Positions 37,367 through 46,342 of a stretch of 62,000 nt of DNA are shown piece after piece. The notes beneath the pieces are model-generated. The model searched no databases and had not been told where the DNA came from. It saw nothing but the letters and a program-made list of their open reading frames with translations. Location: assembly GCF_000737315.1 (NCBI RefSeq), contig NZ_JMCB01000013.1:82001-144000 (forward strand). Direction: 5' to 3'. Position numbers and translations under genes: made by a program. The stretch comes from Hyalangium minutum (lineage in GTDB: Bacteria; Myxococcota; Myxococcia; Myxococcales; Myxococcaceae). The first letter of the stretch is position 1, and the number at the start of each line of letters is the position of its first letter.

Positions 37367-39430
37367 CTACTCAGCCGCGCACTGCTCGATGGGACGAGGG
37401 CACGCACCCTCGGGCCCCGGGAAGCAGCACACGTCGTCCACATCGCGCGGGATGACAATCCACCGCGGCCGGGCGGCGCTCACCTGGCGCAGGTGGCCGG
37501 TGACGTTGAAGGTGGCCTCGCGCAGCAGGCGGCACTGCTTGGCCTTGTCCGTGTCCGCGTCCGCCGGGTTGCAGTCCACCTGCAGATCCGGGATCGCGTC
37601 CCGGGTGACGACGTTGATGCGGGTGCGGCTGTTGAGCGCCACGTGGCACTCGCCCCGGCCCTGGAGGTCGCCATCCGCGATGAAGGCCACGTACTGCTCG
37701 GAGCCCGTCATCGTGCGCTCGGTGCGGGCGTTGGGGGCCAGCGGGAAGTCGTCGATGGTGGCCGTCACGCTCGCGTTGCCGAACTTCATGCGCACCGGCG
37801 TGTCGCACCACACGCGCACCTGAGAGGGGCCGTTGATGCCCGCGCTGATGGCCGTCGTCGTCCGCACGGAGGCGGTGGTGCTCACCTTGATGACCTGCGT
37901 CCGCTTGTCGAGCGTGCTGTCCAGCCCGGCCACGCGCGGGCCGGGGCCCGACAGCTCCACCACGAACTGGTTGAAGGCGTTGTACGTGGAGCGCTCGGAG
38001 CACACCTTGCCGGCGAACTCGCCCAGGCCCACCGTGCAGTCGATGTTGCACTGGCGCTCGGGGACGTCCGGGTCGCCCGGAGTATCCTCGGCGCAGGCGC
38101 GGTACGACGTGCCGCCCGAGCCCGGGCAGAAGAAGGGCACCGTGCCGTTGCCGTTAGCGTCGCAGTTCTTGAAGACCTCGGGGAACTTCACCCGGCGCAG
38201 CTTCACCAGCGCGGACTCCAGGCTCTCCATCTTCATGTTGCCGTAGGCGTAGCCGCACAGCGAGTCGGTGATGTACGGGTTGACCGCGTTGTCCAGGCCG
38301 CAGAAGCGCAGGTTGATCTCCGGCACCGGCACCTGCTTCAGGTACTTCTCCCACTCGGTGGGCGGCAGCTCGCGCACCCTCTCGCGGATCACCCACGCGG
38401 GGAAGGTGAGCTGCGTGGTGGCCGCGAAGTCCTGCACCGAGCCGGAGATCGTCCACAGCAGATCGCCCGGGTACAGGCCCTCGGGGAACGAGTAGTTGTA
38501 GATGTAGATGGAGCCGTAGGTCCCCGGCAGGAAGCCGTCCGGCTCGGGGGTGCGGACGTTGGAGCCCGCGCCGGTGAACTCGCGCACGCGGCATGCCGTC
38601 ATGTCCGTGACGAAGAAGCCGCCGGGATCCAGGCCCGTCACCACCATGGTCATCAGCTTGCCGTCATTGGGATCCTTCTTCGACGGATCCCGCGCGTCGT
38701 AGCCGGGAGGGCAGCTCTGGACGAGCGGCGAGCCGGACTCCGGCTTACGGCCCACCGTGAGGAACTGGCCGGCGAACGGCGAGTTCCGGTTGTTGCCCGG
38801 ATCCTCCGGCTCCTGGATCTTCCCGAGCGTGGGCTCCTCGAAGGCGATGGGCGCCGTCAGGCCGGTGGCGTAGCTGTACGGACCGCTGTTGGGCGGCGGC
38901 AGCAGGCTGGGATCTCCGGCCACGCCACCGTCGAAGAAGTCCACCTGGGGCGGCTCGTGCTGCACCCACGCGCGGACGTCTCCATAGAGGTGCGACACGC
39001 GGACGGTGCCGGTGCCCACGCCGTCGGTGAGCATCGTCCACCGGCGATCATAGGTACCGGTGAGATCGCCCGGGGTGACGCGGAAGGAGACAGGGCCCGT
39101 GAAGGTGTTGAGCGGCTCGCCCTTGCTGTTGAGCGCGGTGATGGCCAGCTCGAGGTCCACCGGGCCCTTGGGGATGGAGTAGGGGCAGCTGGCCGTGCCC
39201 TTCTCCGCCGCGGGGACGGCGTTTGGGTTGTTGTCGTAGCGCGCCAGGCAGGAGCCCACCAGCGTCAGCGCCGACGAGGCCCCCGTGGTCTTGTCGATGG
39301 CCTTCAGGCTCTTCACGTCCACCTTGAAGGAGCTGAGGCCCGACGGGTTGGTGTTCTCCGCGGAGATGTTGCCGTCCGCGGAGTAGCAGCCTGCGGCCCC
39401 CAGGGCCGCTACAAGGAGCCAGCGTTTCAT
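37367..39430 (-). CDS. Large lipoprotein with an OB-fold-like region
   Basis: MKRWLLVAALGAAGC lipobox; VVTGLDPGGFFVTD...PGDLL...GSVQDF...TQL...LESALVKL; start overlaps the nucleotidase stop. Confidence 0.8.
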   Translation of the reverse strand: MKRWLLVAALGAAGCYSADGNISAENTNPSGLSSFKVDVKSLKAIDKTTGASSALTLVGSCLARYDNNPNAVPAAEKGTASCPYSIPKGPVDLELAITALNSKGEPLNTFTGPVSFRVTPGDLTGTYDRRWTMLTDGVGTGTVRVSHLYGDVRAWVQHEPPQVDFFDGGVAGDPSLLPPPNSGPYSYATGLTAPIAFEEPTLGKIQEPEDPGNNRNSPFAGQFLTVGRKPESGSPLVQSCPPGYDARDPSKKDPNDGKLMTMVVTGLDPGGFFVTDMTACRVREFTGAGSNVRTPEPDGFLPGTYGSIYIYNYSFPEGLYPGDLLWTISGSVQDFAATTQLTFPAWVIRERVRELPPTEWEKYLKQVPVPEINLRFCGLDNAVNPYITDSLCGYAYGNMKMESLESALVKLRRVKFPEVFKNCDANGNGTVPFFCPGSGGTSYRACAEDTPGDPDVPERQCNIDCTVGLGEFAGKVCSERSTYNAFNQFVVELSGPGPRVAGLDSTLDKRTQVIKVSTTASVRTTTAISAGINGPSQVRVWCDTPVRMKFGNASVTATIDDFPLAPNARTERTMTGSEQYVAFIADGDLQGRGECHVALNSRTRINVVTRDAIPDLQVDCNPADADTDKAKQCRLLREATFNVTGHLRQVSAARPRWIVIPRDVDDVCCFPGPEGACPRPIEQCAAE

Positions 39431-41790
39431 CACTTGACCCTCCGCCCGATGCGCGCATCCTCGACCGCGTTCGCGATCGGCATGGCCGCTGGGTTCTGAC
39501 AGTAGCTGCGAAGCTGCGGCGTGATCGTGCCGCAGGTGGGGTTGGTGCCCGCCAGCGCATCCCGGCAGCTGCAGCGGCCGGTGTACGGGCCCGTCGGGAC
39601 GTTGCAGGTGCTCGCCAGCTGTTCGGCGGTGACACCACAGGAGTCCGCGGCGTCCGCTTTGCCCAGCGTCTGCAGGCAGGTGCAGCTGCCCACCTGCGTG
39701 TTCAGCGCGTTCTTGAACTCCTGGGCCGTCTTGCAGAAGCCCTTCGTCTGCTCGTCCACCACCCACTGGCCGTTGATCAGCGTGCCGCAGCGCTCACCCG
39801 TCTTGGACGTCTCTCGGCCCTCGTTGATGTCCTCGCAGGTGCAGAAGCCCTGCATGTAGCCGATGAGCGAGTCGCGCAGGGAGATGCCCGTCTCGATGCG
39901 GGTGGTGTTGCGCTTGAGCACCCGGAAGCCCGAGCCACCCTTGGCGATGTAGTCGTTGGTGGCGATGCGGTAGGTGCCGTTGGGATCCAGCGGCTTGCCG
40001 TTGATCTGGACGCCGGTGGCGGGGTGCGCCCAGCAGCGCGAGCCGTCCAGGTCCTCCAGGCACTGCCACGGGGCGTGGCCCTCTCGGCCATCCTTGGGGC
40101 AGTACTTCTCCACGCCGCCGTCGTTGGGATCGCAGGCGATGCGCAGATCATTGAGCTGCACCTGGGCGCAGTCCATGGTGAAGCGCGCGCCGGAGATCTG
40201 CGCCTGGCTGACGCAGCCGCGCTCGGCGGAGCGCTCGGCCACGAAGTCGAACATCTCCTGCATCTCCACGCCGGACAGGTACATGATGTTGATCGTGTTC
40301 TCGAAGGGGAACACGTTGAACATGGCCTCCTGCGTCACCACGCCCGCGTAGAGGTTGTCGCGGATGCCCAGCGAGTTGGTGATGGCCATCTCCGCCTCCA
40401 CGCGGCGGCGCTTGCGCATGGAGTCCGCCGCGATGTTGCCCAGCGGCGAGTCTCCACCGGTGGAGTTGTTGCGGCGGGCCACGTCCCGGGGCGCGTAGGA
40501 GAAGATGGACGTCAGCTGCAGGCTGGAGTCCATGGCGAGGATGTACTTCTGCAGCAGATCCGTGGTGCGCCGATCCTCCTGCTCACGGCACGCCTCGATG
40601 GCCGCGCGCACGTTGGGCTGGATGGCGAACTGACCCGGATCCCAGAAGTTCTGCGCGTAGTAGGCGCGCATGGCGTCGTCACACCAGAGCGAGTCCAGCG
40701 GGAAGGCGCGGTAGTCGTGGCTGACGAGCTCGGCGCCGTCCACGCTGTCCTCCGAGGGCACCTTCACCACCATGTCCAGGCGGCCCACGTACTTGGCGAA
40801 CGCGCCGGAGTGCACCAGGAGCACCTTGCGGCCGCTCGGGTCCGTGATGTTCTGCGGCGGGTTGAGCACCACGTGCAGGTGGCCGCCGAGGATCACGTCG
40901 ATGCCGGACACGCCGGGGATCTGCACGCGCACCACGGACTTGGGGTTGCCCTCCTCGCCGGACCACTCGAGGATCTTCCACGGGTTGTTCTCACGGTCGA
41001 TGAAGGGCTTGGCGCGCTCATACTCGTAGTAGGCCTCGTAGCCGAGCACCACCTGCTGGTCCTCGGTGAGGCCCAGGTGGCTGACGATGACGATGAGATC
41101 CGTCACCGGGCGCAGCAGGTCCACGTAGGCGCGCGCCGCCTCGTTCTGCTCCAGCGGGGTGGTCTGCAGGGAGTTGCCGCCCTCCACGATCGAGTTGAGC
41201 GAGGAGAGGTTGGCCATGCCGATGATGCCCACCCGCAGGCCCTTCACCATGCGGATGGTGTACGGAGCGGACACCTGGGCGGCACCGTTGTTACTCTCGG
41301 TGTCAGTGGGCACGTCCCAGTAGTAGTTGGCCGCCAGCAGCGGGAAGGTGGCGAAGTCCCGAGCCTTCTGCACGAAGTTTTGCGCGCCCGCGTCGAACTC
41401 GTGGTTGCCGATCACCGCGGCGTCCAGCCGCAGGTTCGACAGGAAGCGGAACTCCACCTCCCCCAGGTTCTGGTTGAAGATGGGAGCGCCCTGAAAGCAG
41501 TCGCCCGAGTCCAGGTGCAGCACGCGATCGCCCCGGTTGCGCTCGCGCTTGACGACCGCGGCAATGCGCGTGGCGCCTCCGAACGGGCCGGCCTCGGGGA
41601 TCAGCCCCAGGTCCGTGTCCGTCTTGAGCGGCGCGAAGTCATACGGGATGAGCCGCGAGTGGATGTCCGCAGTATGAAGGAGGGTGAGGCGGACTTCCTG
41701 TCCGGCGAGGTTGTACTCCTCGCCATCCAGAACTGGCATGCACGAGGCGAAGACCAGAGCGCAGAGGGGGCCGATCAGGGCACGACTCAT
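39430..41790 (-). CDS. Bifunctional metallophosphatase/5'-nucleotidase lipoprotein
   Basis: FASC lipobox, HTADIH, DSGD, GNHEFD, SHLG, GGHLH, PFEN, ATNDYIAKGGSG; Cys-rich tail. Confidence 0.92.
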   Translation of the reverse strand: MSRALIGPLCALVFASCMPVLDGEEYNLAGQEVRLTLLHTADIHSRLIPYDFAPLKTDTDLGLIPEAGPFGGATRIAAVVKRERNRGDRVLHLDSGDCFQGAPIFNQNLGEVEFRFLSNLRLDAAVIGNHEFDAGAQNFVQKARDFATFPLLAANYYWDVPTDTESNNGAAQVSAPYTIRMVKGLRVGIIGMANLSSLNSIVEGGNSLQTTPLEQNEAARAYVDLLRPVTDLIVIVSHLGLTEDQQVVLGYEAYYEYERAKPFIDRENNPWKILEWSGEEGNPKSVVRVQIPGVSGIDVILGGHLHVVLNPPQNITDPSGRKVLLVHSGAFAKYVGRLDMVVKVPSEDSVDGAELVSHDYRAFPLDSLWCDDAMRAYYAQNFWDPGQFAIQPNVRAAIEACREQEDRRTTDLLQKYILAMDSSLQLTSIFSYAPRDVARRNNSTGGDSPLGNIAADSMRKRRRVEAEMAITNSLGIRDNLYAGVVTQEAMFNVFPFENTINIMYLSGVEMQEMFDFVAERSAERGCVSQAQISGARFTMDCAQVQLNDLRIACDPNDGGVEKYCPKDGREGHAPWQCLEDLDGSRCWAHPATGVQINGKPLDPNGTYRIATNDYIAKGGSGFRVLKRNTTRIETGISLRDSLIGYMQGFCTCEDINEGRETSKTGERCGTLINGQWVVDEQTKGFCKTAQEFKNALNTQVGSCTCLQTLGKADAADSCGVTAEQLASTCNVPTGPYTGRCSCRDALAGTNPTCGTITPQLRSYCQNPAAMPIANAVEDARIGRRVK

Positions 41791-41910
41791 CAGGTGGTTC
41801 CGGGGGGCTTGCGTGAAGGGGACTCAGCGGGAGACGCCGCAAGGTACGAGATCAGGGAATCACGGGCAAGCGACCCGGGAGCCCCGAAATAATCCACCAG
41901 GGAGGCAGGC

Positions 41911-42582
41911 ATGTCGGGCAAGCAGACAACCGTGACGGATATCGAGATCATCGAGGATTTCTCGGCTACCGCCCGCTGTGACGAGGGGTTCTTGAGGCTC
42001 CGGAGGCTCCGGTGCCAGAACCGGCGGGAGGATGGATCCGTCTCGCCGGTGTATCGGGTGGACGTGGTGGATAGGCCCCGGCTGGACGCCGTGGCGGTGC
42101 TCGTCTACCGCCGCAGTGCGTCGGGCCTCGAGGTGCTCACCCGGAAGAACCTCCGGCCCGCCGCGTACTTCCGCAAGGGCAAGGAGATGGTGGTGCCGGA
42201 TCCGGTGAGCTACCTGCTCGTGGAGGAGCTCGTCGCCGGCGTCATGGAACTGGAGGACAAGGGCGAGGAGGGGGTGCGGCGCCGGGCGGTGGAGGAGGTG
42301 CGCGAGGAGGCCGGCTATGAGGTGAAGCCCGAGGAGATCCGCTTGCTCGGTGGGGGCTTCTTCGTGGCGCCGGGCATCCTGTCGGAGAAGGTGTTCCCCA
42401 CGGCGGTGGACGTGACGGGCAAGGAGGCCCATGAGCCGGAAGGGGATGGCTCTCCTTTAGAGGAGGGGACGCGGCTGCAGTGGCGCCCGCTGCCCGAGGT
42501 GCTCGCCGCTTGCCGCCGGGGGGAGGTGCCGGATGCGAAGCTGGAGATCTCCATCACCCGCCTGCTGGCCGAGCAGCCATAG
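41911..42582 (+). CDS. NUDIX hydrolase (NudF-like)
   Basis: DAVAVL, ELVAG...RRRAVEEVREEAGY (Nudix box variant). Confidence 0.8.
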   Translation: MSGKQTTVTDIEIIEDFSATARCDEGFLRLRRLRCQNRREDGSVSPVYRVDVVDRPRLDAVAVLVYRRSASGLEVLTRKNLRPAAYFRKGKEMVVPDPVSYLLVEELVAGVMELEDKGEEGVRRRAVEEVREEAGYEVKPEEIRLLGGGFFVAPGILSEKVFPTAVDVTGKEAHEPEGDGSPLEEGTRLQWRPLPEVLAACRRGEVPDAKLEISITRLLAEQP

Positions 42583-42665
42583 CTCACCGCCCGGGTTGGC
42601 CGCCAGGATGGGACCGGATAGGGTGCGCGAGCCGTTTCCGTTCCGCTCCGCCGAGGTCCTTCCGC

Positions 42666-44126
42666 ATGTCGTCGATGCCCGCGTGGCTGCAACAGTTGTT
42701 GCCGATCTTGATCCTGCTGGCAGCGATCTCCCTGGTGATCGCGCGCCTGCCCAAGGTCGAGCTCGGGCACACGGAGGCCTTCAAGCGCCGCCGCTTCCTC
42801 AACTGGTTCCCGCTGGGCATGACGTACGCGTTCCTCTACATGGGGCGCTACAACCTCAACGAGGCCACCAGCGCGCTGGGCAGCCGCACCTCGAACGCGG
42901 ACTTCGGCACCATCTTCGCCTGGGGCACGATCGTCTACGGCGTGGCGTTCTTGCTCAACGGCCCGCTGACGGACAGGTGGGGCGGGCGCCGGACGATCTT
43001 GATCTCGGCGGCGGGCTCCTCGGTGTGCAACGTGCTGATGGGCCTCGTGGTGCACGCCGTGCTGACGCAGGACTGGCAGCCTCCCGGCGGGCTGGTGGGG
43101 ACGCTGTCCGTGCTCTACGCGGTGAACATGTACTTCCAGAGCTTTGGCGCGGTCTCCATCGTCAAGGTGAACGCGGCGTGGTTCCACCTGCGCGAGCGCG
43201 GGACGCTGGGAGGCGTGTTCGGCATCCTCATCTCGCTGGGCGTCTACTTCGCCTATGACTGGAGCCGGATGATCACCCGTGCGGCTCCGACGTACTGGGT
43301 GTTCTTCATCCCCGCGGCCATCCTCGCCGCCTTCGTGGTGCTGGACTTCTTCATCATCCGCGACACGCCGAGCGATACGGGCCACCCGGACTTCGACACC
43401 GCGGATGCGTCCTCGGGAGAGACGGGCCCCCGGCTCGGGGCATTCGAGGTGCTGGGCAAGATGCTCCGCAACCCCGTCATCATCGTCATCCTGCTGATCG
43501 AGTTCTGCAGCGGCTACATGCGCAACGCCATCATGCAGTGGTACCCCAAGCTGGCGAAGGGCATCGGCATGGGCGACAGCTTCGTCGCGTCCAACTGGGG
43601 CATGCTGCTGTGCGTGGCCGGCATCACCGGAGGCATGTTCGCCGGCATCATCTCCGACAAGATCTTCGACTCTCGGCGCGGGCCCGTATCGGCGGTGCTC
43701 TATGGTGGGATGACGCTGGGCGCCGTGGCCACGCTCTTCCTGCTGAACACCCCGCTGCTGGGGTGGACGGTCATCTTCATGTCGCTGTGCGTCATCGGCG
43801 TGCACGGCATGCTGTCGGGTACCGCCAGCATGGACTTCGGCGGCAAGAAGAACGCGGGAGTGGCGGTGGGCATCATCGACGGCGCCGTCTACGCGGGCAC
43901 CGCCTTCCAGTCCGTGCTGCTCGGCAGGCTGTTGCCCTCGGGCGCGGCCGCCAAGGACATCAACAACTGGAGCAACTGGCCCATCGCCCTGGTGCCGCTG
44001 GCGGTGGCAGGGCTCGTGCTGGCCACTCGGGTGTGGAACGCCAAACCCCAGGCGAAGAAGGAGGCCGTTGCTGATCCAACGGCCCCCGTGGCCGCGCCGG
44101 CGCGTCGGACGGGCACCGAAGGGTAG
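42666..44126 (+). CDS. MFS transporter, OPA (GlpT/UhpT-like) family
   Basis: YMGRYN, NGPLTDRWG, ERGTLGG, ISDKIF, AGVAVGIIDGAVYAG. Confidence 0.85.
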   Translation: MSSMPAWLQQLLPILILLAAISLVIARLPKVELGHTEAFKRRRFLNWFPLGMTYAFLYMGRYNLNEATSALGSRTSNADFGTIFAWGTIVYGVAFLLNGPLTDRWGGRRTILISAAGSSVCNVLMGLVVHAVLTQDWQPPGGLVGTLSVLYAVNMYFQSFGAVSIVKVNAAWFHLRERGTLGGVFGILISLGVYFAYDWSRMITRAAPTYWVFFIPAAILAAFVVLDFFIIRDTPSDTGHPDFDTADASSGETGPRLGAFEVLGKMLRNPVIIVILLIEFCSGYMRNAIMQWYPKLAKGIGMGDSFVASNWGMLLCVAGITGGMFAGIISDKIFDSRRGPVSAVLYGGMTLGAVATLFLLNTPLLGWTVIFMSLCVIGVHGMLSGTASMDFGGKKNAGVAVGIIDGAVYAGTAFQSVLLGRLLPSGAAAKDINNWSNWPIALVPLAVAGLVLATRVWNAKPQAKKEAVADPTAPVAAPARRTGTEG

Positions 44127-44214
44127 TGCCGGAGGGAGGGAGCGCGTTCAGGGGCGGACGGCTGCGAGGCCCGAGCGATTTCAGTGTGACGGGGTTGTGA
44201 CGTAAAATGCCTGC

Positions 44215-45792
44215 GTGCCCTCGGAATCCGCCCCGCTGCTTCAGAACCGGTTGGAAGTCCACGACCGGAAGCAGTTCGAGATCAAGCTCGAGTACCAGCC
44301 GTCGGGCGCCGACGACGAGACGCGCTATCTCGTCGAGATGTTCCTGTTCCTGCCGAACAGCCTGAACATCGACGCGGAGACGTACCCGCGGGCGGACTTC
44401 TACGCGGACATCCACAACTACGTGCGCTTCACCACGCCGGTGATGAGCCTGGAGGAGCTGCTGGTGGTGGAGGGCTCGCCGCTGATGCGGCTCGAGGCGT
44501 GGCTGAGGACGGGGCTGCCCACGGAGGCGGAGGTCGTCTACCAGGCCAAGCTCCTGTGCTGCATCTTCCGTGGGGCGCTGCGCCGCTTCGTGAAGCTGGT
44601 GGATGGGCGGTGCGAGCCGCCCAGCGCCGCCGGGCTGGGCGAGGCCGAGTACGCGGACCTGCAGCGGATCATCCTCCAGTCACAGGAATCCGTGGTGAAG
44701 GTGCTGGAGCGCTTCCGGGGCTGGCAGAAGGCCACGGGCGAGCTGAGGCTGCAGAAGAAGACGCGCGTCTCGCTGCGTCTGGTGGACGAGTACATGAGCC
44801 TCACGGTGGAGCAGTACTTCCGCAAGGCCGTGACGGAGATGGATGCGCTGCCGCGCTCGGGCGTCTACATCGAGCCGCGCAAGGCGCTGATGGCGGCGGT
44901 GATCCGCGAGGAGACGTACCGCAAGGAGAACCAGCTTCGCAGCGTGCTGAGCCCCACCGGTGACAACGAGGAGTACATGCACCGGATCGGGTTCCTGAAG
45001 AAGTTCTGCATGAACATCCTCTTCCTGGCGGCGCGGAGGAAGCAGAAGCGCCAGGGCTGGGAGGAGGTGCTGTTCGCGATCGCGGCGGGTTTGGCCATGG
45101 CCTTCGCCACGGCGGTGCTCTTCGTCGCGCAGAGGCAGGGAGGCGTCCCCCAGGAGAGCCTCAACTTCCTGCTGATCGCCGTGGTGGGCTACATGGTGAA
45201 GGACCGCATCAAGGAGGGGCTGCGCCGCTTCTTCAGCAAGTTCGCCTCGATGCACCTGTACGACCGGATGGCGGAGATCTTGGATCCGGTGACGAAGAAG
45301 TGCCTGGGCACGCTGGAGGAGCGCGTGGACTACGGCCGCACGGTGAAGGTGCCCAAGGAGATCGCCGAGCTGCGCTGCCTGGACGACTTCATCACCGTGT
45401 CCCAGGGCGAGCTGTCCGAGACGGTGCTCCGCTACCAGAAGGAGATCGTCCTGGACGCGGAGTTGCTGCCGAAGACGGACCGGCGGCTGACGGGCGTCAC
45501 GGACATCATCCGCTTCAACGTGGAGCGCTTCCTGCGCGATATGGACGACCCGGAGCTGGCGCTGGAGTACGTGGATCTGGAGGACTTCTCGGTGGGCCGG
45601 GTGAAGGGCGCCAAGAGCTACCAGGTGGATCTGGCGTTCCGCTTCACCACGGACGAGGCGGACCAGAAGAAGGTGTCCGTGCAGCTGGTGCGGCTGGTGC
45701 TGGATCGCAACGGCATCAAGCGCATGCTGCGCGTCGCGCCCGAGCAGACGGATCGGCCTCCGCACCCCGAGCCGTACCGCAAGGCGGCCTGA
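44215..45792 (+). CDS. Conserved hypothetical membrane protein
   Basis: 525 aa, strong codon bias, two central TM segments. Confidence 0.75.
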   Translation: MPSESAPLLQNRLEVHDRKQFEIKLEYQPSGADDETRYLVEMFLFLPNSLNIDAETYPRADFYADIHNYVRFTTPVMSLEELLVVEGSPLMRLEAWLRTGLPTEAEVVYQAKLLCCIFRGALRRFVKLVDGRCEPPSAAGLGEAEYADLQRIILQSQESVVKVLERFRGWQKATGELRLQKKTRVSLRLVDEYMSLTVEQYFRKAVTEMDALPRSGVYIEPRKALMAAVIREETYRKENQLRSVLSPTGDNEEYMHRIGFLKKFCMNILFLAARRKQKRQGWEEVLFAIAAGLAMAFATAVLFVAQRQGGVPQESLNFLLIAVVGYMVKDRIKEGLRRFFSKFASMHLYDRMAEILDPVTKKCLGTLEERVDYGRTVKVPKEIAELRCLDDFITVSQGELSETVLRYQKEIVLDAELLPKTDRRLTGVTDIIRFNVERFLRDMDDPELALEYVDLEDFSVGRVKGAKSYQVDLAFRFTTDEADQKKVSVQLVRLVLDRNGIKRMLRVAPEQTDRPPHPEPYRKAA

Positions 45793-45805
45793 GAGGCACG
45801 TCGCC

Positions 45806-46267
45806 GTGTCCGAGGCGGATCGACAGCGGTGGAATGCCCGCTACCAGGAGCAGGCCGGGGGCTTGGAGCCGTCCCGGTTCCTTCAGTCGCTCTCGGACCG
45901 GCTGCCGAGCACGGGGCGGGCGCTCGAGGTGGCCGGTGGGCCGGGGCATGACGCCCTGTAGCTCGCGAGGCGTGGCCTGGATGTGACGCTCGTGGACATC
46001 TCGGACGTGGCGCTCGAGCGCGCCGCCGCGGCCGCGCGGCAGGCCGGTGTCCCTTTGCGTGTGGAGCGGGTGGACGTGGAGGAGGCGCCGCTTCCCCCCG
46101 GGCCCTACCAGCTCGTGCTGTGCATGAACTTCCTCTGGCGCCCGCTGTTCGAGGCAATTCCTCGGGTGCTCGAGCCCGGCGGGCTGTTCGTCTTTGCCCA
46201 GCCGACCCGGAGCAACCTCCAGCGGAACCCGCACCCCTCGGCCCGCTTTCTCCTGACTGGTGCGTGA
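45806..46267 (+). pseudogene. Class I SAM methyltransferase (TehB-like) pseudogene
   Basis: GTG 45806: VSEADRQRWNARY...ALEVAGGPGHDAL*LARRGLDVTLVDIS..., with in-frame TAG at 45959-45961; ends abruptly after PSARFLL. Confidence 0.82.
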
Positions 46268-46342
46268 CCTTCCTACACCCGGTGGAGTGAGCCGCATCAG
46301 GGGCACGTGCTAGGGTGCGCGCCTCGTTTAGGAGGAGTCTTC

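Noticed and set aside
45959-45961. In-frame TAG as pyrrolysine or programmed read-through
   Set aside because: No pyl genes in view and the gene is also 3'-truncated; a nonsense mutation is simpler.
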